Of a DNA stretch of 64,000 bases, positions 36,221 to 48,685 are shown piece by piece (position 1 is the first letter of the stretch; the number at the start of each line of letters is the position of its first letter). The stretch is from assembly GCA_973895155.1 (NCBI GenBank), contig OZ316895.1, positions 7,304,184-7,368,183 of the forward strand, given 5' to 3'. The notes under the pieces were generated by a model. It was not told the DNA's origin and ran no database searches. It saw only the letters and a list, made by a program, of their open reading frames with translations. The DNA is from Marsupella aquatica (taxonomy: Eukaryota; Plantae; Marchantiophyta). Position numbers and translations under genes: made by a program.

Positions 36221-38414
36221 TTCCCCTTAGAACCAATAAAATGATCCTATGCTTGATGTGCCATTTTTGCGTAAATTAGACCTCCAAGATTACATATAAT
36301 TGATTGATGGGTCAGAGACTCCATGCATAAAAGCAAAGTCCAGCAGTGGGACCTAACTACGTATATAGTTGGTATACTGTTGATTGTAGGGTGTTGCTAT
36401 AGCAAGGACAGTTTTGCATGGAAAATGTACAGAATCCAGCAAGGTACATGGGCAGTAAAAATTACAAAGTTAGAGACACTCCTTCTACCTTTATGTCACC
36501 AGAAAGTTCTTTGGTCATGGACCTGGTTATTATGGCTACAGACCATAGACAGTGCCAATACTAACTTAGATTGATAGTTTAAGCAAAAATAAAAAATTGT
36601 GTCATGCACAATGACAGTTGGGTTTTGAAGAATTTCATTCACTGTTGGATGATTAGTGGGGCCTAAGGTTGCATTAGATCTATGAAAATTAGGTTTTAAC
36701 TAGAATGACATGAAATAAAGAATCAAACTTTTATACAAAACACATTTTGGGATCCATTCCAACTTATGACTTTTAAAATGTATGCTGCTATATATTGATG
36801 TCATGAAAGCTTCTTGGATGATTGGTGTACATGTATAAATTAATTTGTTTGTAGATATATTACTACTAATGGTAGTCTTGATTTCCAACAAGGTTAGTTG
36901 GGTTGGATCTCCATCCAAACTTGACATATAAATCCTTGATTAATTTCCCCTTGCACATAAATAGTTTTTACATGCTCAAATTTTCATCTGTGACAGTGTG
37001 CCCTTGAATCCTGCAATCTAGAGAGCCCTCAAAACCCACTCAATCTAGTCACCTTGCCTCCAAAGCCTGGTCTCACCCCAAAGTCATGGTCTACAGGCGT
37101 AAATGTAGTTAAGAGATTGTTTGTCTAAGTTTGCATCATGCTTAGTTGTACAAAATATATGACATTATATTGCTCTACTGTAGATTTTATATTGTGTAGA
37201 TAGTTACGGGAACCATAGGGGAGACCAAATAACCATGGTGATCCTGAGGTGCAGTAAGTGTTGGAAGTACAAGTGATCACACACTTCAAAAGGTCTGAGG
37301 CTCAACCAGAGTCCATGAATTAAATTGTCTGTGGAATTGGTTTTAGACAAGGTACTTGGCTCAATTTTTGGTTGCTTTCAAATGGAACGCAGGGGGCATT
37401 GTATTTATCTGAAAATTGAGTAAAAGGGATCTTGATATGAAAAATAGTACCATCAATTTGAGCATCAATTTTCTATAGAATTCCAAAGTTTATTTGAGTA
37501 GGTACAGAATCAGACATGAAATATGCCTCGGTTATATAATCATTTTCATCCCAATATCTTACATGTTTGCTACTTCTTTCTGAGGCATCTCTCATTATGG
37601 GTGGTGCTAGCCCTGATGAGAGTTCTCAAGTAAAGATTGATTGGACATAGGAGACAATTTGTCTCACTGGGTAGTGGGGCAACTCAGCAACCTGAGGCTT
37701 TCCTGAGGCTGCACCAGGGGCTACACTTTATGAACTAATTAAAGTAAATGATGCAGTGGAGGATGATTCGTTCATTGGGATGGTGGAGATTTCATTAGAT
37801 GGAAATTATTAAAAAAATGCAGTACATTTTCCATGCATTATAGAGAAGTTGATGGAGATAATTCAAGCTAGAAATTCCCTTGTATTCTAGCTAGATTCTG
37901 TATCACGATAAAGTCTGACATTGAACAGGACAATCTATCCTAGAACTTATTTTGCTAAACTTTCAAGATCCAGTGTCTTAATTGACTGATATATGCTTCG
38001 CTATTCTAGATCTGATGGCTCCATTCCATCCACCAGCTTGCTTCTGTGCCATTAGTTGCACTTGAAACCCCAGTTTCTCTTGTACACCTCAAACTAACTA
38101 TATTTGACTACCGTAGTACTGAAGGTATTCTGGATGCCGAAATGTTCCACCTTCTGCTTCTCAAGCTTTCTTGTTGTTTAATTATATGAAAGAGTAATAC
38201 GTTAAATGATGTTAATTTACAAGAGGTGAAACATGCACATTGATTCAATTCAGAATACAGAAGAAACATTCCACGTTACAATCCTTGAAAAATAATTACC
38301 AACATTTTGTGGGACGTGTTGTCATGCATAGCCGGTGATGATGCTCTTCTGGACAAAGAGAGTAGTTCCATCATTGATGAAAGGGGTTGGTGCCTCGATA
38401 TGTTGCCTACATGG

Positions 38415-39387
38415 CTAGAAGGGTTTGTTGGGGGAGAATTGAGACTTTTGGCACTCAGGATAGTTTGGCATTTGTTTTGCAATTGGCTCCAGAAACACTT
38501 GAACAGGACCCTCATGCTGCTCATGAGTCACTTTTACTGGGCCAACATATATCTTCACTGCCTTGGGATGCTTTTTCTGCATGGTAATGTCCAACATTGT
38601 GCGTGTCCAATTTGCATCTTGGAACTCCACCTGCAGCTTTCATAGGGTTTCCCTTTAAGAATTAAAAGACACTAAATTTTGCATACAAGCCAAATTGTAG
38701 CGTGTGATTTTATGAAACTACTCTAAGAAGCATTGCATTGCAAACCAACCTATTACAATCTAAGGTGACTGTCTCCAAGGTACGTACCTTAAAAGCGTTG
38801 GTGATTAAGTTATTGGATGCTAGCAAATAGTTCTATTACTCAATCTATTGTTCAAATGAGAAATTAAAGTCTGTATGCTTAAATCTGTGTGCTTAAAAGG
38901 GGCTCACATGTGAGGACTCAAATTCCTTACTTGGTATATGCCCAAGCATTGTTGAAGGGTCTAGGGGCTGTTACTAGAGAGGTTAACTTTAGTTACCCAG
39001 GCAAAATGAGATGCAAAATATATTTTTAGAAAACTTCTTCCAAAAAACTAGGGTATTACACACCTGGGGTGGCAATTTGTATTTGCTTAACATCTTTGGG
39101 TTAAAAACTTTCCATGGTGGTTGAGGTGGCGGTGGTTTGGGTGGCTTCTCCCAAGGTGGGCGAATGGTTCTTAGCCAAGGGCGGAAAACTGGAGGTGGGG
39201 TTGGTTTTGGCACAGGAGGTGGTGCATTCGGATCAACCGGAGCAGCTTCCCCTGGTTTCAAGGAAGCTTTCTTTCCATTTGGATCAACGGGAGCCACAGT
39301 TGTTGCACTGGGTGGAGTTTGACCTGGTTTTACAGATTGCTTCTTGGGTCCAGTTGCTGGGGTTGGGCTTGGGGATTTAGTAGCCAT
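38415..39387 (-). CDS. Candidate two-exon Pro/Lys-rich protein of unknown function (~179 aa)
   Basis: Exon 1, 39387-39064: ATG in aaacATGG context, 108 codons, ends CCCCAG|gtgtgt. Exon 2, 38630-38415: acceptor ctgcag|GTGGAG, ends TAG. Both boundaries are phase 0, joining ...KYKLPPQ|VEFQDANWTRTMLDITMQKKHPKAVKIYVGP...NKPF. No family recognised. Confidence 0.55.
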
Positions 39388-39707
39388 GTTTGGAAATCAT
39401 TATCTAAGCAAACTTTCTCTCAAACTTCGCTTTGAGTAGTATTTTGGAAGAGATTAATGTCTAAATGCCCATTTTAGACACTAAGATCCTTAATTTTTTC
39501 ATTTCTGTTGAAAAACCCCTTGACAATAAATCTAAACTTGTATAATGATATCCATGAACAGTCACAACCATTCGGGTGTGCTCATGCCTTTTCCCGGTGA
39601 TGCCTATTTTCCTAAACTCTAATAATCCCGGTGCTCTAAAAATGTATTTTCAAGGACATGTTATTTTGGGGAAGGTGACCAGATCCCATGCATTGTCATC
39701 ATGCCCC

Positions 39708-39736
39708 TGCCATCCCATCCCATCCCATCCCATCCC
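39708..39736. repeat. (CCATC)n microsatellite
   Basis: About 5 ccatc units. Confidence 0.8.
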
Positions 39737-41489
39737 AACAAGTATGGTATAAACCATTCTTTTGTTTAACCGTTAAAGACATAAAAATATATTCATGCCA
39801 AGATCAAATTCTGAGAAAGAAGCTCAGATGAACTGCGATATTTGACAAGCTTTGGGTTTGCCATTGCTCCAGTGAAAATAGGACTAAAATACACTCAGGG
39901 TCAATGCTCGATAGTCCATGTATGGCCTTTGGGGGGCTACAGGCTGTGTCCGGGGCTTTTACCCGCTATGACTAATCAACCGGCCTCCAGTAACTATTAC
40001 TCCCCACAACCCCCGCAAAGCATCCTCAAAAGCATCTCCGAACCTTACTGAAATGCCTCATGATATGTGGGTGTTGACTGAAGCCAATAAACAAAGTTCA
40101 AATAGTCATGTCCAAGCCTTCCCCGAATTAAGGCTATCAGATCTGAGAAGCAATATACAAATTTGACTTTCTACTGGGTTTGTTGCTGGATTTTCAAGAT
40201 TGCAATATGTGGTGGCATGGAGTTGATTTCTAGTGTGGACAAAAATAATTATTCTGTAGCTGGATGGCCAAGATCCATTCTTGGTCTATGGGTTAGCCTT
40301 GGTTGCCCAGGGTTTTCTTTGGGTGGGCAGCTGCCACTGCAGCATTTGGTCTTTTGCTCTAACTTATGGGCCCTTGGGTCTATGTTTTCTCTCCTGGTTT
40401 TTGTTGCTTTAGGTATTCAATTATTGTGGCACACCATAGCCTTCTTATAGAGAAAATAATTTTAAAAAATATATAGTAGGGGTTGTGGCTGAGTTTCAAC
40501 TGCTACTTAGATATCATCTCTTCTTGTGCGGGCACTGGTGTTCCTTTTCACCCACTGTATCCTTTTCACCCACTGTATCGCCAAATGAACCAGATGAAGA
40601 GTAATGCTTTGCATGTGTCCTCCCTACAGGGAACCCATATCTCTAAATATTTAGAAGTCAACTTCCAAATCTGAATTGTCAACGGCCAATTTAATTTAGC
40701 AAGAAATGGGGTCACAAAACCAGCCCTCCATTCAGACCTCCATTCTCGTCAAAAGCAGAAAAGGCACATCCAGATTCATTTATGTATTACATTTGAAGGC
40801 GGAAACGCACAATTTGAGGAATGGAGGTCAGTTTGGAGGCCTTTTGGTGGAGTTATGGACAGTTGGAACACACAGTTAGCAAATGGGGGTCTGTTTGCCA
40901 GGGATAACTCTAGAGATAGGCAGGGTTGGCAAAAAATTCCAGCCAATAATCTGGCATGTAAATTTTCCATAATAATAGCAAGTGAAAATCCAAACAGTTG
41001 GAGATTCTCTCAAACCTGGTGTTTACTACTCTTTACAGTAAGCCAATCCACCATTTACCTTTGGATATGGTATCATAGCCATGGGTTATCCTACACCCCA
41101 CCTACACGTTGGAGTTCTCTTGAATGTGTGGGGAAAAGCATCGACTGATCTGTACAATACAATTCTGTGTGTGGGGAGAGTGAGCTCTCCAAATTGGATC
41201 ATGAGTATTCATGTCAATAATAATGTGACTAGGTTCTTTCTGTCCCCTCTTCCCGCTCTTCTTTTTACAATGAAATCAGGCTCCATCATCACAGAGTCTG
41301 TCGAGTCCAACGCAAATGCAATGGAGTCAATTGAAGCTAGATTCAATGTGTGACAAGTGACAATCAATCACGATCCGCGCTCTCAATTTGGGTGCAACAG
41401 TTCTCCACGCTCACCTCGAATTTGGTCTTGAAGCCACTCACTATTGAAGGAGTGGTGGAATGGATTGTTAAGTCGATTCCAGAAGAAAA

Positions 41490-44400
41490 ATGACTGCAGC
41501 AGGGAGGGCGGTGAGCTTCCTCACACATCCGGATGGCGGATTCGCATCACCAAAGAAGCTCGGATTGGCGTCGTTGCTGATAAACCCTTCACAAGGGTTT
41601 GCCACTGGCTTGTCTTGGAACGGTGGAGCTTTTCAGGGGTCCGAATTGTCCAGCTCGACGAACTCCAGAAGCTCCGGAACATGCTCCTGCCCAGAAATGG
41701 TGAAAATCATTGCTGGGAGGAAGAATGTGAGCGCTCGAAGGTTTCAGCAATCCAAGAGTCGGATTACCGAGGCCCCGAAGAAGCTTGGGAGGGTCGGAGG
41801 GCCTCCGGATAGGAATTCTCCAATATTGAGTGGGACCGATTCTTACACGGAAGATGTTCGCTTGAATGAGGATCAGGCGATAGGGCAAGTGGTAACAGCC
41901 CAAGCGAATTTTATGAGAGTTATCGTTCAGAGGGCTGGCAATCTCGAGGTGTCGCAAGAATTCTGTTTAGGGTCGACGGATCCAAAAGCTGACGATACTC
42001 TTGAGGATGAAAAGGTAGGAACAGCCAATACAGACAATGGAAATCTACACTCGAATAGTGGACAAGTGTTCAAGAATTCTCCTGAGAAGGAGCTGGAGGT
42101 CCTTTGTGTAGTGCGGAACGTGCTCAAGAAAATTGGTAGACGGGTTCTGGTTGGAGATAAGGTTCTGGTGACGGGAATTGACTGGATAGATAAGAGGGGT
42201 ATGATTGAGGATGTCATTGATCGGAGGTCGGAGATTCTGGATCCTCCTGTGGCCAATGTCAATCATCTTCTCCTCGTGTTTTCAATCGATCAGCCGCAGA
42301 TTGATGAAAAGGTTTTGAGCCGCTTTCTCGTTGAGGTGGAGTCGACGGACATTCCTTTCTCTCTGGTACTAAACAAGGTGGACGTCGTCCAGCCGGAGGT
42401 GAGTTTTCAGAGAAAAGACAGCAATATCTCAAGCGGGTGTGCTAAAGTTCCCGTTGTTCCAATTTTTGTCAGAAGACGCAAAGAAATTTAATTCTGGGTA
42501 GCATGCGTTTGCAAACTTCTATGAGGAAATCAATTCACATATTTTGCTGACATAATTTCGTTTGATGTCTTGAACGTTTCAAAAATTTATCCAAAACCCA
42601 TTAGCCGCGATAAGTACAAACTTCAACAAAGAATTACAGTAGTTTATTCACTTCGCTTGTTGGTCATCATGGCAGAGTCTGGAACACGTGGGGGCCATTC
42701 CATAGTCCGAATCTAGACTTTCGGTCAGTGCTCGTGGTTGCAGCTAACTCCAAACGAGTTGTCATCACAAAATCACCAATGGTGCATGAGAGCGAGGAAC
42801 GGATTTTGAGACAGTGATATCTGACGCTCACATTGTGTTTAACTGTTATAGGTTGTTCGCCACTGGCAAGAGCGGCTTGCAAGTTGGGGTTATGATCCGG
42901 TCCTGTGCAGTGCGGATCAGAGGATCGGGCTCTCTAGTTTAACCACTCTCCTGAAAAATAAAATCACTGTAATTCTTGGCCCAAGTGGAGTTGGGAAGTC
43001 TAGCCTAATCAATGCTTTGCGCGACCATAAAGGACTGTCATTGTGGAATGAGGCTGACGAAGAGCAACTGTCAGAACGGATTGTGGGGGGAGCCGCTAGA
43101 GCCGAAGTGTCTGTCGAAGAGGTCATGCTCGTGCTTCGTCGGGTGGACTCATTTTCACTCCTCGTCATATCACTGTTAATGATCTAAGAAAGAAATGATG
43201 CTTACGACTGTTAGATTTCAGGCTTGTACAATCAGGGGACAAAGAGTCTGTAAACGAGAATGCAGGCATTCCACATTTTTCAATTGACTTGTCAAATGGC
43301 CCCACAAAGGAGCAAAAGACAATACGAGCGAAGCATGCACCAAGCAGGGCGAAGAGCAAAAGATTGTGCACCTCCTGGAAAGCACTGTAGTAGTGTGATT
43401 TGTTATACAGAGCAGGAGTTGGAACATGCAAGACTAGTGTAATTCGAGAGTTTCTGCTAAAAGGTTTCTCTTCCGGAAATATCTGAATTTGCAGATCGTT
43501 GAAGCAGCTTTTGAAGAGCTACGTGTAGGTGAAGTGTCTGCTCTGACGGGCAGAGGAAGGCACACAACCCGGCATGTTTCTCTTCTTCGAGTACCAGGAG
43601 GGAGTGGTCGTCTGGCTGACACACCTGGTTTCAGCCAACCTAGTCTTGCCAAAGTGACAAGCACTTCCTTGTCGAATCTCTTTCCTGAGGTATAGTCTAA
43701 CTGTGATTCTAGAAGCTGAGGTGCTTTGAGCAGATATTTTGAAGATTTGAGTCATTGATGCTTAGATAATGAGAGCTTAAATGCAAAAGTCTGTTGCTTC
43801 GGTTGATATTTTTTTTACCCCCATGATGTCTTCAATCCAAAGTCTATAATCCTATTGGGTATTGACATTATGCAAATGCTTGGCACAGGTTGGGAGGAGG
43901 ACTGATGAAAGTGAAAATGGTCGATGTGGATTTCCCAACTGCTTTCATGTTGGAGAACCATTCTGTGCTGTTGGACAAGAGTGGGACCGGCATCCACACT
44001 ATATTGCATTACTTGAGGAGGTGCGGAACAGGGAGAAGGTAGAGAAGAGAGTTCTCGGCACGAAACGGGAAAGCGAAGTGAGGTAATGATTTCCCCCCTC
44101 AAAAGAAATTAGCTTCAAGGTTGACAGCAGCCTCCCTATTCTGGTGATTGATGATGTTTGCATGACCGGTTCATTTCTTTCACTGGGGAAGACTCTCGAA
44201 AATTCGCTCTTGTCTATCTAGTTCCCTCCTGGAGACTAAAGTTACTATTGGCTCTGCATTCTTATATGTCGTTGGTATGATCAATAGATCGGCAGAGCCA
44301 CATTAGCTATTTTGTCCCACTGACTTCGCAGCCCTACTTCTAATGTGCAGGTATAAGGTGGGAACAGATGGAGTGAAGCAGGCAGAGCCTAGGTTAGCAT

Positions 44401-44519
44401 TAAAAAAGCACAGAAGGGAATCGAGGAAGCACTTAAATCAGTCTCTGGAGGAAGAGTTCCGAGAAGAGGAAGAGTTACAAGATGATATGGATGACATAGA
44501 CGATACTACATATCTGTAA
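41490..44519 (+). CDS. RsgA: Organellar small ribosomal subunit biogenesis GTPase RsgA (YjeQ/EngC family), 5 exons
   Basis: Exons 41490-42398, 42852-43121, 43495-43689, 43889-44082, 44351-44519. Ser-rich transit-like N-terminus; OB fold (GQVVTAQANFMRV...VLVGDKV); PPVANV; circularly permuted GTPase motifs NKVD, GPSGVGKSS, GRGRHTTRHV, LADTPGF; Zn finger CGFPNCFHVGEPFC; C-terminal EPRLALKKHRRESRK. Confidence 0.95.
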
Positions 44520-44740
44520 TCTTCACATATAAAGTTCACACCTTAAATGACAAATGCCCAAGTTCGTGCATTCAAGTGGGTTCGTCTCCAATTACTTGGT
44601 CTAATGAGAGAATCCTAAATTTTGTTCTTGCAAACGAATTTTTCTATTCAATCTTAGCAGAGGATACAGCAGGGTTGTCTTCCTAATAGAGTATTGGAAA
44701 CTCAGTGATAAGATAGGAAAGGAAAAGTCAAGCTTCATTG

Positions 44741-44947
44741 GCTCGGAGAGTACTTTGATTGATATCGGTTAGCCATCTCGATTCTCAACCTCGTTACTCC
44801 CCCCTTGGGACGGATTTTGAAATTGCCAGACAGGTTAGTACATGAGCCAGATGTGAAATTGTTGTGGGCGTGGGAAAATCATGTTTTGATTGTGACGATT
44901 TCAGCTCGGAGAGTACATTGATTGATATCGGTTAACCCTCTCGATTC
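44741..44947. repeat. Dispersed ~44-bp direct repeat downstream of RsgA
   Basis: gctcggagagtactttgattgatatcggttagccatctcgattc (44741) and gctcggagagtacattgattgatatcggttaaccctctcgattc (44904). Confidence 0.85.
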
Positions 44948-45331
44948 CACATTACCATGCAATGCACCCTACCAGGTGTCCCAGAGACTCAGAGCTTATT
45001 TGGGCCCTCCATTAAACTCCTGTGGCTGCTGTTATGTTGGCACAGTAGCATTGGGGTCTCACCTCCTTGTGTCACTGGTGCGGGGTGTCCACAACAGAAG
45101 AATATTCAAGTGACCTTTAAACTAAGTCATGCGCCCAAGGGGCCTGGCACTCTGCTGAAATAGGTAATGTAACCCAACATTAATCTGACTATTTAACACT
45201 TGGAGGTATTTTTGATAAGCATTTATATTCGAATCCGTATTGGCTTTTATCATAATCTGAAAGAAAGATGAAATTATTGACAAATATAATCGAAATATTC
45301 TATAGAGGTAGAATCAGACTTTAGATAATTG

Positions 45332-45468
45332 TTTACATTACATGAGCATCAAAGGTTTCAGTTGACATCCAAAACGTACAATCCTAAAACGACCAAATAT
45401 CTTTTACATTACATGAGCATCCAAGTTTACGTTGACATCCAAAAAGTACAATCCTAAAACGGCCAAAC
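45332..45468. repeat. ~72-bp tandem duplication
   Basis: tttacattacatgagcatc...gttgacatccaaaa.gtacaatcctaaaacg.ccaaa occurs twice in tandem. Confidence 0.85.
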
Positions 45469-45530
45469 ACGTTATAGTTTAGGCAGGGTCACTTGAGGCT
45501 GAATGAATTTCTAATAAGGTGGTCTGCTTT

Positions 45531-46330
45531 TTACACGAATCGCATGGTAGTAGGGGCTGGGGCCAGATTTGCGCGGAAGACAAGGGTATCACTGTAATTC
45601 ACGGTTGCAGGAAGCGCTGTCGTAAGGTTTCTGTCCTGAGCAACCGAAGACCCACTCTCGGGGCCTATCACATCTGAATCACTGTAAGCAATGTCGTAAG
45701 ACCTTTCGCTCCCTGCATCGCATCAGCACCAGGATATACTGCGTAAATTATCGTCGATGGGGTTCGATCGAGCTGCTTTTTCTACGCGAGCTTTGACTCG
45801 TGCTAAGACTTGCATGTTCTATCGATATAGGCCTTCGGTGTGTCTGGTTGATAGAATTTCAGCATCCTTGTGTTGTAAGGGAAGGCAGTTGTTAGATGAC
45901 TTGTTAGACTCTGAATGACTGGATTGGGAACTAAATCTACCCCACTTTTCTTATGAGCATCATTCGTCTTGTAGAACGGAGCAATGAACCTCATAAGAAA
46001 CTTTCCCGAACGAGCCAAAATTAACAATCTAGCTGAGCACCAACACCACCATTGATAATCCCAGTAGACCGGTGGACCATTTTCCTCAATTAATTTTCCG
46101 TACATTCAACCTCCCTTCTTTTGAGGAGCAGACTATGCAAAACACCATAGCAATGGGACATTCCTGAGGTGTGTGGCACATTGTTCGAGCCATCATCTGC
46201 TGGACCATCTGGAAAGATATCTACTACACTTTATTGAGCACACGAAATGTCAATGAACTTCGGGACTTGGGATGGACAGGCAAATTCAGGAAGATCTGTT
46301 CCAAGTTTCAGCCAGTTCCACCCTGTCCAC
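45531..46330 (-). pseudogene. Decayed F-box protein pseudogene (intronless)
   Basis: Minus strand near 46307-46218 reads NLEQIFLNLPVHPKSRSSLTFRVLNKV**I, an F-box-like motif with TAG where Trp is expected. Downstream fragments in shifting frames contain internal stops and end ...LVFRANLAPAPTTMRFV* at 45531. Confidence 0.5.
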
Positions 46331-46388
46331 CATGAGACTCTCTCTTCCTCAGGTTTGGAGGCTGTGCTACTTCTAGACTGATAGGTTC

Positions 46389-46483
46389 TTTCTTATCACG
46401 GACCCAATCTATGGGACCCCTTTCTTATCACAGACCCAGTGTATGGGACCCCTTTCTTATCACAGTCCCACTATATGGGACCC
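46389..46483. repeat. 31-32-bp minisatellite, three copies, each with an internal hairpin
   Basis: tttcttatcac(g/a)g(a/t)ccca..tatgggaccc x3; gtccca/tgggac is self-complementary. Confidence 0.85.
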
Positions 46484-47314
46484 AGCTGGTTCCTGATCAC
46501 TGGCCGGTCTCACTGGTCCCGGCACATTTACCTCTGGTCCCCATGGGCTGGCTCCAGAAAGAGGCACCAGCCCATGGACCCTTTGGTTATGTAAGTTTGA
46601 TTTATTGAACTATTTGGAGCCATGAAGAGTGGCACATTGAAATAGATAGATGGAGGACAAAGATGAATTAAATGGAGTATTCTAAATGAAATGAAAATTA
46701 AAGGTAGTAAGGACAATTTAATTAATTGAAGACAGATAAGAGTATATTCGTGGTAATGAGGGTAATTCTCCATGCAAAATGTTCCATTAGTACATCTATG
46801 TTTATACAATATATGTAACATTCCATATAGTTCATCACTTTGTCAATAGGCATTGAAAGGTCTTACAGTCTCTTGGTATTCCTCTACCCATAGCAGTTAT
46901 GTTGTTTCTTACCTTTGCTTGTTACTCCTCTATCCATAGTAGCCAAATGTTTCTCAAGTTACCATGGTAAATGTAATTGAAGAGTTTATTTTGACTTGCC
47001 ATTATTTCAAAAATGTAAATTAGATAGAAAATATAATTTTTCTACCAGAAAACACATATATCAATCACACCTCATCCAAAGATGATTTCTTTCACCCCTA
47101 TTTTACCCTTTTATTGTTTACTTCAAAAGTTACTTTTCAGTTTTCCATTGTTTTTACACTTACAGGGTCTACTATAGCTGTTTTTCTTTGTGAGTCTTGC
47201 CTCAAACACAAATACTTCGTCAAATTTGGTTTGCATAACTAAAGTTTTTGTTTGTGACAAATCATGCTGATGTGGCTCCATGTGCATCCAGGAATTTTGG
47301 AAGGAAGTTCACAT

Positions 47315-47657
47315 TCTTAGGTATTTACTCAAGGTCTAGGGTTACGACATGTAACCGTAGTTAGGCTAACCATAGTCGGAGACGTGGTTAGGTTAACTAG
47401 GATGCACACTATATGCCAAGCGGTGTTTGCTTGGATAAGTGGAACTTAGGCTCATTGTTACGGAGCCACTTGAGAGATGAGGAGAGCTTACACTGTAGAG
47501 ACTTGGTAAGGCCGACGGGCTTAGAGTTCAGTAAAGCTCTCTTGTGTGTTCCCGTGGACGTAGCCTCGAGGAGGTGAATCACGTATCTCTTGTGTCGACT
47601 ACTTGCACGTTGGATGTGTCATGTGCTTACCGTTACGAGTGTCGTCTATGCTCAACA
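47315..47657 (+). mobile_element. Copia-like solo LTR (343 bp) with 5-bp target-site duplication CACAT
   Basis: cacat at 47310-47314 and 47658-47662 flanks tcttagg...ctcaaca. The 5' end reads TC where TG is expected; the related fragment at 35971 starts tgttagg. The internal gtggacgtagcc...ggtgaatcacgta motif is typical of plant Copia LTRs. Confidence 0.75.
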
Positions 47658-48531
47658 CACATGGGAGTCCATAAATAAACCTATTTTTGTCAACCACTTC
47701 TATATGGAGCTTAAATCTTGGATGGGATATTGCTATTAATACCAAAAAGATTTGCTTGGATTGAATTGCTGTACTTGCATTGTGGAGGTTTGATTCTGCA
47801 AAATTGGAGACCCTCAATTAAGGTGTGTACATTGATTATTCCCCAAATTACTCCTCAAGTTTTAACTCAGAAGGAGCCATAAATCTGGAGATGGAATGCT
47901 CTCAAAAATAAGTAAAGATGGTTTCTAGAGTACCTTTAAATGTTAACTTTGTTCAAAGTACATCTTGGGTACCTAAGTACATCAAGGGTATTTTGGACAA
48001 CTTTGGATGCCTTGCATTTTTTGTCTTTCAGTTTCAAACACAATTGTCAATCTAACCTAGTGATGATGCTGTGTGTACATTAAAGTTATAGGTAAAATGG
48101 TTGAAGCCGGATGAGTCAACTTACTAGCATTTCATTTCAAGTTGAGGGTGAGTTACTGATCAAATTTTGATGGTTTAACAGGTCAGTCGCTGCTTATGCC
48201 AAAACTGCTCAGGGCATTCTTCACACCCTGGGCCCCACTATCAACTAACATGCAGAGTACATGCGAATGCTTGAAGACTATTTTTTATTCACTTTTTGTA
48301 ATTATTAGCGGTAATTCACTTATTGTATTTTTATATTGAAATGAGAATAACAAAGGGTTAAGGAGAAGGGACTATGACCCATACTATCAGGGGGGGGGGG
48401 GGGGTCTTCACAAAAGGAGAGGGTTCTTCCCAAAAGTAGTAAATTGTTGCTCATGCCCAAACTACTCAGGGAGTGGTTTTTTGAAATAACCATGCATAGA
48501 AAGAAATATGCAGCTTTGGGTGAGAAGATAA

Positions 48532-48685
48532 TTGATGGACTGACTCCCCAAATGAAAAATGTTACTTAATGTAACCCATAAGGTTTTGGGCAAGTCTATT
48601 GAAGGTCTATCAAATTACTGGGGCACTCATGGGTTCCACTCATGGGTTACATCAAGTAACACTTTTCATTTTGTGAATCCATCAA
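48532..48685. repeat. Imperfect inverted repeat, ~45-bp arms and ~60-nt loop
   Basis: ttgatggactgactccccaaatgaaaaatgttacttaatgtaacccat (48532-48579) versus the reverse complement of 48642-48685, ttgatggattcacaaaatgaaaagtgttacttgatgtaacccat. Confidence 0.85.
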
